Source: a virus. From it: 64,000 nucleotides of DNA. The translations under genes and the position numbers were made by a program. A model generated the notes under the pieces. That model was not told the origin of the DNA. It did not search any database and saw only the letters and a program-made list of their open reading frames with translations. This document shows, piece by piece, positions 27,055-34,783 of this stretch (positions are counted from its first letter, which is position 1; every line of letters starts with the position of its first letter). Location: IMG/VR virus record IMGVR_UViG_3300001199_000007, positions 633 through 64,632 of that record; one strand, given 5' to 3'.

Positions 27055-27719
27055 CGTCCGATCTCCTTCTGCGCCTGCTCCCAGGCCTGCTCGATGGCAT
27101 TGAACCTTTCCGCACTTCCGTGAGGACGGTCCGGGTGGGCTTCGGAACGAACGCGCCGGTACTGCGCGGTGATGCGTGCGACGTCCCTCTCGTTGCGGTC
27201 GACGCCGAGCACGTCGCGCCAGGAGAACGCCTCCTGCCCAGGTGCCGGTAGTGCCGTGAAGCCGGTGAATGCGCGATCGAGAATCGCAGCACCCCCGTGG
27301 CGTTCGACAGCGCGCAGGGCCTCGAGCGTGGCCGCGACGGCTGCGATATTGCCGGCCACCGTGTTGTAGGCGTCGATCGCCATGCAGCGGCGCTCGCCGC
27401 TCTTGGTCTCCCAGTAGACGGCGACGCCGGGGTCACCGTCCTTCGGTGGCTCGTCGGAGCGAGGCTGGCCGTCGATGCGCGTGCGAACGTTTGTCGAGAT
27501 CAGCATGTCGTCGCGCTTGATCCGGAGACGTTCCAGTTCTTCGACGACGCGCGCGGCGGCGTCGGCGGCCGTGAGGGCCTTCTTTTGATTCCAGGAATGG
27601 CTGCCGTCGCTGGAGTACCTGCGCTCGTTCTTGCCGAAGTTCGGGCTTTTGCGCTGGTATCCGGGCGTGCGCTTCCAGTCCGCGGGCCAACAAAGGGGGT
27701 ACCGCGTGAGATCGGTCAT
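27051..27719 (-). CDS. Phage J-domain (DnaJ-like) protein (222 aa)
   Basis: N-terminal YPLCWP..W.RT. C-terminal truncated J domain WRDVLGV..AQYRR..HPDR..RFNAIEQAW with intact HPD. Confidence 0.8.
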   Translation of the reverse strand: MTDLTRYPLCWPADWKRTPGYQRKSPNFGKNERRYSSDGSHSWNQKKALTAADAAARVVEELERLRIKRDDMLISTNVRTRIDGQPRSDEPPKDGDPGVAVYWETKSGERRCMAIDAYNTVAGNIAAVAATLEALRAVERHGGAAILDRAFTGFTALPAPGQEAFSWRDVLGVDRNERDVARITAQYRRVRSEAHPDRPHGSAERFNAIEQAWEQAQKEIGR

Positions 27720-28753
27720 GCCGTGTTCCTCGGGAATTCTTGGACGCGCAGGTCCTCTGGCCACTCACTGACGTCGCCGCCCTTGGGGTCCTTGAGGGTC
27801 ACCGTGAAGTGGCCGCGCCCGGTGTCGACGCGCCGTTCTGTGGGCCAGTGCTCGCCCGGCCCGGACATGCCGTCGTCGTGCACCGCCTTGCCCAGCTGCT
27901 TGACGTGCACGGCGACACCGGCGGCCTTGCACTGCTGGACCAGCGAGCGGATCCACTCGACGTGGCCAGGACGCGCGCGCGGACCGGATTCGAAGCCGGG
28001 GATGACCCAGTGGAGTTCGCTCGGAAACTCCACGCGATCACGCCACATCGACAGATTGATCGGACCCAGCATCGGCTCGACGCTCAGGAACCGCACCGCC
28101 GCCGGCACGCCAAGCAACTTCGGCGCGTCGCGATCGACCTCCTCCTGGTTCACCACGGTGGCGCCGAGCCAGACGTTCGGCGGCGGATTGCCATCGAGCC
28201 AATCGGAGAGCCAATCCCGCAGTGCGTGCGAGAAATCGGGCCCGAGCATCGGATTGAGCAGCGAGGAGGCCGCCGAGGAGAGCCGCGGGCGCAGGTTCCC
28301 GATTCTCTTCGTGAGCAGCAGCCAGTCGAGATTCGGTGTCCGCCGAATCGTGTCGAGCAGGTCGGCCAGCCACTCGATCGGGACCTCGTTGTCGAGCCAG
28401 TCGGCGAGAGAGGACGAGAACACGCGGCGGCGGGCCGCCTCGATCATCACACTGACCTCGGCCTCGGTGCAGTCTGGACAGCCAGCAATGCCCTGCGGCG
28501 GCGGTACGTACTCGCCACGCCATCCGCAGCGCGGGCACTGCCCGTAACGCCGCCGATTCCACCGCTCTGGCAGCTTCCAGTTCGCCGCGCTGGTGCGCGA
28601 TCGCGGCTTGCCCGCGCCCCACTCGACGCGCCTGCGGCGGATCGCCATGTCGCGCTCGGCGTAGCAGTGGTCGCATGCCGGCGAGACCTTCGTGCAGCCT
28701 ATCCACGGGTTGAAGGTGCTGTCGCACCAGCTGATGCCGGTCTGGGCGCTCAT
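27716..28753 (-). CDS. Gp37Gp68/DUF5131-type radical-SAM-like protein
   Basis: ISWCDSTFNPWIGCTKVSPACDHCYAE (CX6CX2C), LLLTKR, FLSVEPMLG, WVIPGFESG..ARP. Confidence 0.85.
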   Translation of the reverse strand: MSAQTGISWCDSTFNPWIGCTKVSPACDHCYAERDMAIRRRRVEWGAGKPRSRTSAANWKLPERWNRRRYGQCPRCGWRGEYVPPPQGIAGCPDCTEAEVSVMIEAARRRVFSSSLADWLDNEVPIEWLADLLDTIRRTPNLDWLLLTKRIGNLRPRLSSAASSLLNPMLGPDFSHALRDWLSDWLDGNPPPNVWLGATVVNQEEVDRDAPKLLGVPAAVRFLSVEPMLGPINLSMWRDRVEFPSELHWVIPGFESGPRARPGHVEWIRSLVQQCKAAGVAVHVKQLGKAVHDDGMSGPGEHWPTERRVDTGRGHFTVTLKDPKGGDVSEWPEDLRVQEFPRNTA

Positions 28754-29028
28754 TCGAACTCCTCCCAGCCCTCGCGCTGCAACTGCTTGGTGTGCTTCGG
28801 GTGGAACGCGAACTCATGCTGCTCGCACCAGACTTCGAACCGGTCAGGCGGATAGAAGAGCAGTTCGTCGACCGTGATGAAGTCGCCGCCGGCGCCCATG
28901 GCCAGCCGGTCACCGACCCGCGGCAGATAGGGCAGGTTGACGGTCTTGCGCACGTTGATCCCGTCGACGCCGTCCTTCCGCGGCTTGATCGGGGCCTCCA
29001 TCATCAGCGTGACGATGTAGTTAGCCAC
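28750..29028 (-). CDS. Hypothetical protein (92 aa)
   Basis: GTG start with SD GGAG; coupled to DUF5131. Confidence 0.55.
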   Translation of the reverse strand: MANYIVTLMMEAPIKPRKDGVDGINVRKTVNLPYLPRVGDRLAMGAGGDFITVDELLFYPPDRFEVWCEQHEFAFHPKHTKQLQREGWEEFE

Positions 29029-29443
29029 GGCGTTCTCCTGGAACGATGATCTTGGGAGCCGACGCCGGGCCCAGCGCCGTCCCGGCGTGGTCAGCGATTG
29101 GCATCCAGTAGTGGCGGACCGGATCGCCAGGCTCGACCTGGACCTCGTCGGCGCCGCTGGCACCGAACGCGGCGAGTGTCTTGGCGATCTGCTGTGACGT
29201 CGCGCGCCGGAGCCTGCCGCGGTGTCCTTCGCGGGCGATGGCGATGTGGTACTCGAGACCGCGGTCGATGCGCGGCTTCTCGGCGCGCTCCAGCGTCGAG
29301 ATCACGTAGACGGCGCTCTTCGGGAAGAAGAAGCAGCGATTGATGCGGCCGTCTGCGACGGCGCCCGCGAGTTGTGAGGCTTCGACCCAGGTGCCGTCGC
29401 CGTCCAGCGGCGCCAGCGGTTTCAGGAGAGATTGGACCTTCAT
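29021..29443 (-). CDS. Hypothetical protein (140 aa)
   Basis: ATGA coupling to the upstream gene; globular composition. Confidence 0.5.
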   Translation of the reverse strand: MKVQSLLKPLAPLDGDGTWVEASQLAGAVADGRINRCFFFPKSAVYVISTLERAEKPRIDRGLEYHIAIAREGHRGRLRRATSQQIAKTLAAFGASGADEVQVEPGDPVRHYWMPIADHAGTALGPASAPKIIVPGERRG

Positions 29444-29943
29444 CGCGCGTGGTCCGTCGTCGAAGTGGCCCGCTCCGAGATTCTCCCGTCGCTTCGTTTC
29501 GCGCTGCGGAAGCGTCCATCGGGACGCAGGTAGCCCCAGTCTGGGATGGGATTCCACCACGCGACCACCGTCACAGTGGGCACGCGGAAGAGGTGTGTGA
29601 TGCGGTGGAAGGTGCCGTGGTCCATCACGTGGAACGAGCCTTCAAGGTGCATCCTCTTCCCGAGGTACTCGCGAACCCCTTTGAACAGGCGATAGATCGC
29701 CTCGACGTAGCCGCCGAGCCAGACGAACGAGCAGAACTTCATCGGATGATCGTGGGGGTGCCGGTTGACGTCGGTGGTGTAGATCCAGTGGACGTAGAGC
29801 CCGCACACCGGGGTCTTGAGCACGATGAAGCGGCGCAGATAGACCTTGGACCTTTCTTCGGAGTCCGGGATGTCGACGAACCGCAACGCTGCCCAGTCGA
29901 GGCTGCGCGGATAGGGATAGCGAACTGTCGGGATCTCGTTCAT
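29440..29943 (-). CDS. Cupin-fold (metal-dependent dioxygenase-like) protein
   Basis: YLRRF..LYVHWI..D..RHPHDHP..S.VW.GGYVE...FHRI cupin His motifs. Confidence 0.65.
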   Translation of the reverse strand: MNEIPTVRYPYPRSLDWAALRFVDIPDSEERSKVYLRRFIVLKTPVCGLYVHWIYTTDVNRHPHDHPMKFCSFVWLGGYVEAIYRLFKGVREYLGKRMHLEGSFHVMDHGTFHRITHLFRVPTVTVVAWWNPIPDWGYLRPDGRFRSAKRSDGRISERATSTTDHAR

Positions 29944-30227
29944 CGCAGGATGGCCTCGATGATGTCGCTGTAGGAGGGGACGCCGAGCCGGCGTCGCGGT
30001 GATTGATCCCGAGGAGGCGCCTCGATGATCTCGATGCCGAACAGCGTGGGCACCGGTTCGGCGCGGCTGCTGGGACGCTCGATGCGCTTCATCGTGATGC
30101 CGGCAGCTGCTAGCTCTCGCTCGAGCGCGCGCATCGCGTCGGATCCCAGCGTCAACTTTGTCGGGTGACCCTCGGACTTGCAGCGCACGGAGTAGTCGCG
30201 CACGGCATCGATGAAGGGAGTGTTCAC
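29940..30227 (-). CDS. Hypothetical protein (95 aa)
   Basis: GTG start with SD GGAG; operon coupling. Confidence 0.5.
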   Translation of the reverse strand: MNTPFIDAVRDYSVRCKSEGHPTKLTLGSDAMRALERELAAAGITMKRIERPSSRAEPVPTLFGIEIIEAPPRDQSPRRRLGVPSYSDIIEAILR

Positions 30228-30454
30228 AGCGGGGGACTCCTCGTGCTGTCGCGCACCAGGCGGACCGGCGGCTTCGGTTTGGCTTTCGGTGTCGTCCAGC
30301 GCTCGACGTCCTGCCAAAGTTCGGTGAGCAAGGCCGCGGTGACGGTACCGCCGTGGAGGCCTCCGACCTGGCCGGCCATGGCGTGCACGAATCGCTCGCT
30401 GAGTTCCTCGCACTGCTGCGACGTGAGCGCGTCGAAGATGGCGGCGGGCTTCAC
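30224..30454 (-). CDS. Hypothetical protein (76 aa)
   Basis: Operon coupling. Confidence 0.5.
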   Translation of the reverse strand: MKPAAIFDALTSQQCEELSERFVHAMAGQVGGLHGGTVTAALLTELWQDVERWTTPKAKPKPPVRLVRDSTRSPPL

Positions 30455-30744
30455 GGCGTGGCCCCGTTGGTGTTCTTCGGATGCCGGTCCCAGTCAGCAC
30501 GGTGCTCCGGACAGAGGTCCTTTCCTGGCGCCGGCTGGTAGGTGCAGTAGCCGCAGAGGTAGGCGTCGCAGGTAGCCGGCACGGCACGGCCATCCGCGCA
30601 CTGCATGAAGAGGTCGGGGAGCTTCCAGTCGCACTGCCGATCTGCGTTGATCTCGCCGCAGACGGAGCAACGCTTCCGGCGCGGTTTCGACTGGCAGACG
30701 ATCGCGTGGGCGCCGTTGCCGAGGTTGATGTGGGTGCAGGGCAT
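30451..30744 (-). CDS. Zinc-finger protein (97 aa)
   Basis: CSVC..CDW..CDAYLCGYC..DLCPEH. Confidence 0.65.
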   Translation of the reverse strand: MPCTHINLGNGAHAIVCQSKPRRKRCSVCGEINADRQCDWKLPDLFMQCADGRAVPATCDAYLCGYCTYQPAPGKDLCPEHRADWDRHPKNTNGATP

Positions 30745-31106
30745 CAGTCCTCCTCGACCATGAGGCGCGACAGCCGCGGCCCATCAGCGACGCCGAGCAC
30801 GCGAGACAGCGCGCGGCGATCGCGGTAGTAGTTCACCAACCTCCGGCCGGCGTCGGTGAGCCGAAACGGGATGTCAACCCATTGGGCCCAGAAGTCTCCG
30901 GATCGGTCCTTCTGTTGATCGTTCAACGGCGCCGTCCAGCCAGCGTCGTAGCAGGTCCGAATGACCGCGGTGGCCGTTTGCTTGCCGCAGTACGGGCAGC
31001 GATTGGCAAGCGCGCCGTCGCAGTCCTCGGACGCCAGGTACTGACGCTGCTGCGGCGATGGCTCCGGCTCCATGCCGCGACCGTTGAACCGGTAGGTCTG
31101 GCCCAT
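30744..31106 (-). CDS. Hypothetical protein (120 aa)
   Basis: TGATG coupling; CPYC motif. Confidence 0.5.
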   Translation of the reverse strand: MGQTYRFNGRGMEPEPSPQQRQYLASEDCDGALANRCPYCGKQTATAVIRTCYDAGWTAPLNDQQKDRSGDFWAQWVDIPFRLTDAGRRLVNYYRDRRALSRVLGVADGPRLSRLMVEED

Positions 31107-31306
31107 CAGCGCGCCTCCTTCGCGAGCCGCCGCAGCCCGCGCGCCATGTGCACCGCGTCGTCGTGCTCGCGTTTGTAGGCGGCATCGTCCTCGTGCCAGC
31201 GGCGGCGCGTGCTCCCGCTCTCCGGCGGCATCGTGTAGCTGTCGCGCAGCGTCCTGGCGTGGATGCCGAGGATCTCAGCGGCGCGGGTGAGATCAGCGGC
31301 GGTCAT
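31106..31306 (-). CDS. Hypothetical protein (66 aa)
   Basis: MTAADLTRAAEILG...; coupled on both sides. Confidence 0.5.
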   Translation of the reverse strand: MTAADLTRAAEILGIHARTLRDSYTMPPESGSTRRRWHEDDAAYKREHDDAVHMARGLRRLAKEAR

Positions 31307-31737
31307 TCGGTCCAACCCGGGTACTCGAGCCGATCTCGCTCTGCTGAAAGGCATTGGGCGCAGCATCTCCCGGCGAAACTCACGCGCTCGGTGTCGACGT
31401 CGTCCCGATCGCAGTAGTTGCAGTGGCGGATCAGCGCCTGCAGCTTCTCGAAGCCCGGGTAGATGTCCGGCGGCTTGATGTCGAGTCGATCCGGAGCCCA
31501 GATGTGTACGCTGGCTTGGCCGTACCACTTCTTGCCAGGCGGGTAGATGTCGGCCATGACGTGCGCCACCCAGCCGTCCCGCCTCAGGTGCGCGTAAGCC
31601 TCGACGGTACGCGGGCCGCGGCCTCCGTCGCCGGCCACGCAATCCCATCCGTCGGCCGCCATCGCCTCGCGGAACGCACGCGCGGCGGCGATGCGCGCTG
31701 GGTTATCGGTGTGCCCCCATTCGCTGTCGGGTTTCAC
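31303..31737 (-). CDS. Hypothetical Zn-ribbon protein (144 aa)
   Basis: GTG start overlapping the upstream stop; CNYC...CCAQC. Confidence 0.55.
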   Translation of the reverse strand: MKPDSEWGHTDNPARIAAARAFREAMAADGWDCVAGDGGRGPRTVEAYAHLRRDGWVAHVMADIYPPGKKWYGQASVHIWAPDRLDIKPPDIYPGFEKLQALIRHCNYCDRDDVDTERVSFAGRCCAQCLSAERDRLEYPGWTE

Positions 31738-32624
31738 GATGCGGCTCCGCACTGGATCGCCGCAATCTGCTCGCGCACCCAGATCGGCTCCGAGCTCAGC
31801 AGGAACGTCTCGCCGGCCAGCTCCAGGAGGAGCGTGCGAGCCATGACGGAGCCGATCGCCTGAGCGGCGTCGCGCAGCAGATCCAGCACCGTCTGGATCG
31901 GGCCCTTCGTAATCGCCTCGGCCCAACTCACCGCCTCGCGCCAGTCGTTCGGGTTTCGCCCCTCGCGACGGGCCGCGAAGCTCCAAGCCATCGAATCGGC
32001 GGTGTAGAGCAGCGACCGCACCAGCGGGTGGGCCAACGCCGTGGTCTTGAGGCCGAAGCCGTGCAGCTGCAGGTCAGGGCGTGCCCGCTTGATGGCCACG
32101 AGCACGGCCGCGACCTGGTCCGGCGTGCCGTTGCGCTTGCAGATGCTCCCGACACCCACCCACTGGCCGATCGTCAGGCGCGGACCGTAGGCCTCGATGT
32201 GGCGGACGTAGTCCTCAGGCGCGAAGCCCTGCAGCACCGGCAGAATGTAGACGCCGGTGTCGTGCGCGAGCAGTTCGTCGTATCGCTCGATCGTCAGTCG
32301 CTGATGCTCGGCTACGCTCAGGCCGGTCTTGGCGACGATGAAGGGCTCGCACATCCAGTCCTGCGCCACCGCGGCGAGCAGACGTCCGCTGCCGTTGCTG
32401 GCCCAGCGACGGATCTCGGACGCGTACTCGGCGACGCTGTGCCGGTAGTGGCCGTGCGTGCTGATCTCGGTGAAGGCGCCGGAATCCATGATCCAGTCGT
32501 GCGCCACCAGCGGCGAGCGGCGCGACCGCAGCCGATTCACTGAGATGAAGGCGGCATCGAAGTGCCGCGCATCGCTGGGCTGGTGCAGGCCCGTGAAGAA
32601 GCGGACATCAGGCTGCGATCGCAT
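31734..32624 (-). CDS. Queuine tRNA-ribosyltransferase (TGT)/DpdA-like base-exchange protein (296 aa)
   Basis: SD AGGAGGTG. WIMDSGAF, QDWMCEP, PVLQG, VGVGSICKR, LHGFGLK and ADSMAWS motifs of TGT-fold enzymes. Confidence 0.75.
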   Translation of the reverse strand: MRSQPDVRFFTGLHQPSDARHFDAAFISVNRLRSRRSPLVAHDWIMDSGAFTEISTHGHYRHSVAEYASEIRRWASNGSGRLLAAVAQDWMCEPFIVAKTGLSVAEHQRLTIERYDELLAHDTGVYILPVLQGFAPEDYVRHIEAYGPRLTIGQWVGVGSICKRNGTPDQVAAVLVAIKRARPDLQLHGFGLKTTALAHPLVRSLLYTADSMAWSFAARREGRNPNDWREAVSWAEAITKGPIQTVLDLLRDAAQAIGSVMARTLLLELAGETFLLSSEPIWVREQIAAIQCGAAS

Positions 32625-33087
32625 CGTTCACCTCCTGAATGCGGGAGGCCTTGCCGAGGCCGATCTGGCTGATGCGCGTGCGGTCGACGCCGTACTCGGC
32701 GGCGAGGGCGGTAGCCTTTTCGCCAGCGCGCACGCGGCGGTAGATCGTCCGCATGGTTTCCAGCGGCAGGCGCTGGTGCTGCTGGTGCTCGCGCCGGCGG
32801 TGGCAGGCGTCGGAGCAGGTCAGCTTGCGCGCGCGCTTTGTCGGCGCTGGCGTGAACTCGCCGTCGCAGACCGCGCAGCGCTGCGTCAGCGGGTGCTTCT
32901 GGTTGTGCAGTTGGCTGTGGCACTTCGGGCACAGCCACTCGACCACGAGCGGCTTGCTGTAGTCCGGATGGTGGCCCTGCGCCTTTGGCGCGCTGCACCG
33001 CTCGCACGGCTGCGGAATCACCTTGCCGGCGGCGATGGCGTGGTTTAGCGCCTTCCGGGCGCGCACCTTGTCGGCTTGCGCGGTCAC
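32608..33087 (-). CDS. HNH-like Zn-finger protein with C-terminal HTH (159 aa)
   Basis: CERC..GHHPDYSKPL.VEWLCPKCH; CAVC..TCSDAC; TALAAEYGVDRTRISQI. Confidence 0.7.
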   Translation of the reverse strand: MTAQADKVRARKALNHAIAAGKVIPQPCERCSAPKAQGHHPDYSKPLVVEWLCPKCHSQLHNQKHPLTQRCAVCDGEFTPAPTKRARKLTCSDACHRRREHQQHQRLPLETMRTIYRRVRAGEKATALAAEYGVDRTRISQIGLGKASRIQEVNDAIAA

Positions 33088-33359
33088 GTCGCGCCCTCCT
33101 TGCCGTCCCTGAGATAGATCAGCTCGCCGTCGTCGTCCTTTACGATCTCGGCAAGACCGCGATCGATCAGCCATTGCGCGGCTTCCTGGAAGTGCGGCGA
33201 CGTCTCAGCGAGCGTGCGGACCTCGCGACCGTTCACGTCGCAGAGGCCGTAGCTGTCGCAGCTATCGGGCACGCCGTTGTCGCGGACGAAGTCCTCGCAG
33301 TACGAGTCGGCGAGCGCCACGGCGCGGGCTTGCATATCGGGGGTGAGGATCAGCGACAC
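33084..33359 (-). CDS. Hypothetical protein (91 aa)
   Basis: GTG start with SD GGAGGTGA. Confidence 0.55.
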   Translation of the reverse strand: MSLILTPDMQARAVALADSYCEDFVRDNGVPDSCDSYGLCDVNGREVRTLAETSPHFQEAAQWLIDRGLAEIVKDDDGELIYLRDGKEGAT

Positions 33360-33493
33360 GGCATCACCTCCCCGCCGACGCACTCCATGCGGGCCTCCAT
33401 CTGCCCGACGCGCGCTCCGGCGCGCTGAAAGCCGCGGGAGCCGCCACCGAGACCGCAGAACAAGTGCCCGTGACGAATGGGGACGATGCTCAT
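33350..33493 (-). pseudogene. 47-aa N-terminal stub of a C5-cytosine DNA methyltransferase
   Basis: Translation MSIVPIRHGHLFCGLGGGSRGFQRAGARVGQMEARMECVGGEVMPCR*: motif I (LFCGLGG) and the run-up to motif II, then a stop. Not in the ORF track. Confidence 0.7.
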
Positions 33494-33494
33494 G

Positions 33495-34331
33495 TCAGCC
33501 TCGCTCCCCGTCGAACATGTCCGCGGTGCGGTCGTCGCGCTTCGTCTGGGTCCGTTCCTCCTCTTCGTCCTCTTCCCACGGCATCAGGCCGAAGCCTTGG
33601 CCGGCCGCCGCCGCCTCTTCGCGGCGCTCGAGCTCGTGCTCGGCGGTGTAGATGCAGTCCTCACCGCCGGCCTGCTTGTTGATGATCCAGCGCAGCAGAC
33701 CGTCCTCGGCCTCGGTGAACAGCGGATAGCCGTGGCCGGCAAAGGGGATGCGGTGCAGCACGCAGGGCGCGTTCACCTTCGCGATGAGCTGCTCGATCGT
33801 CTCGATGCCGGGCCACTTCTTGAACACCAAGGGCAGCGCGGTGCGCAGGATCTCGGCGGTTACCGCGACGTCGTTGGCAGCACGATGGGCCGGCGCGTCG
33901 GCGCTGATATCCGGCTTCAACTTGAGCGTGTACCGGATCACCTGGTTAGAGTGGTTCTCGATCTCCGGCCAGAGGTGCTTGGCGAGACGGTGGGTGCACA
34001 GCCAGGGCCGATCGGCGACCTGCAGCACGGTGGAGTCGTACGGCGCGTTGTGCGCGACCCAGCAGTCCACCAGCCGGGCTTTTTCCTTGACGAACTCGAT
34101 CAGGTTCTCAGCCGGGAAGGCACCGCGGACGTCGGCGTCGACGATGTGATGCACTGCGGACGCCGTCGGCGGGATCGGCACGCCGGGGTCGCAGAGTTCC
34201 TGGAAGCGCTCGTAGACGGCGCCCTGGTAGTCGACTTCTCGCCAGGCCACCTCGATGAGCTTGGCGACAGTGGGTTCCTTGTCGGTGGTCTCGGTGTCGA
34301 TGACCCTGTACCGCGCGTCGACGATCTTCAC
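33495..34331 (-). CDS. DEDDh 3'-5' exonuclease (ExoX-like)
   Basis: VIDTETT, HNAPYD, WLCT, AHRAANDVAVT. Confidence 0.85.
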   Translation of the reverse strand: MKIVDARYRVIDTETTDKEPTVAKLIEVAWREVDYQGAVYERFQELCDPGVPIPPTASAVHHIVDADVRGAFPAENLIEFVKEKARLVDCWVAHNAPYDSTVLQVADRPWLCTHRLAKHLWPEIENHSNQVIRYTLKLKPDISADAPAHRAANDVAVTAEILRTALPLVFKKWPGIETIEQLIAKVNAPCVLHRIPFAGHGYPLFTEAEDGLLRWIINKQAGGEDCIYTAEHELERREEAAAAGQGFGLMPWEEDEEEERTQTKRDDRTADMFDGERG

Positions 34332-34783
34332 GAAATGCTCCCGATGGCACGCGCGACGGCGCCGAGGACGCCCGTGAGGGGCTTCCCGAGCACGTATCCC
34401 TTGCCGCGCTGATGGACGTGGCCGCTGGCACGCAGCGGTCTGAGGAGACCGCGCATGCGGTCCTGGCTGGCGCCGAAGTGGCTGCAGAGTTCGCCAAGCG
34501 TCACCTCGGCGCCCTCGCTGTCGGCGATGTACTGCACGATCCGATCGCGCAGCTCCGGGTTGTCGGAGGTCTTGTGGCGCTGCAGGAGTTTCTCGGCCCG
34601 CAGCATGTCCTCGTCGATGCCGCGCAGCGTGTCGAGGTCCCGGGCGATCTGGGCGCGCTGCTTCGGAGTGAGGTCGGTGCGGGAGAGCTCGCGTTCCCAG
34701 GACTGCGCGTAGCGATCCAGCAGGCCTCGCTTGCCGTGGAGATCCTCGATCTCCGTCCGCTGTTTGATGGTGGTAGGCATCAC
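34328..34783 (-). CDS. Hypothetical protein with C-terminal winged-helix-like region
   Basis: VTLGELCSHFGASQDRMRGLLRPLRASGHVHQRGKGY. Confidence 0.5.
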   Translation of the reverse strand: MMPTTIKQRTEIEDLHGKRGLLDRYAQSWERELSRTDLTPKQRAQIARDLDTLRGIDEDMLRAEKLLQRHKTSDNPELRDRIVQYIADSEGAEVTLGELCSHFGASQDRMRGLLRPLRASGHVHQRGKGYVLGKPLTGVLGAVARAIGSIS

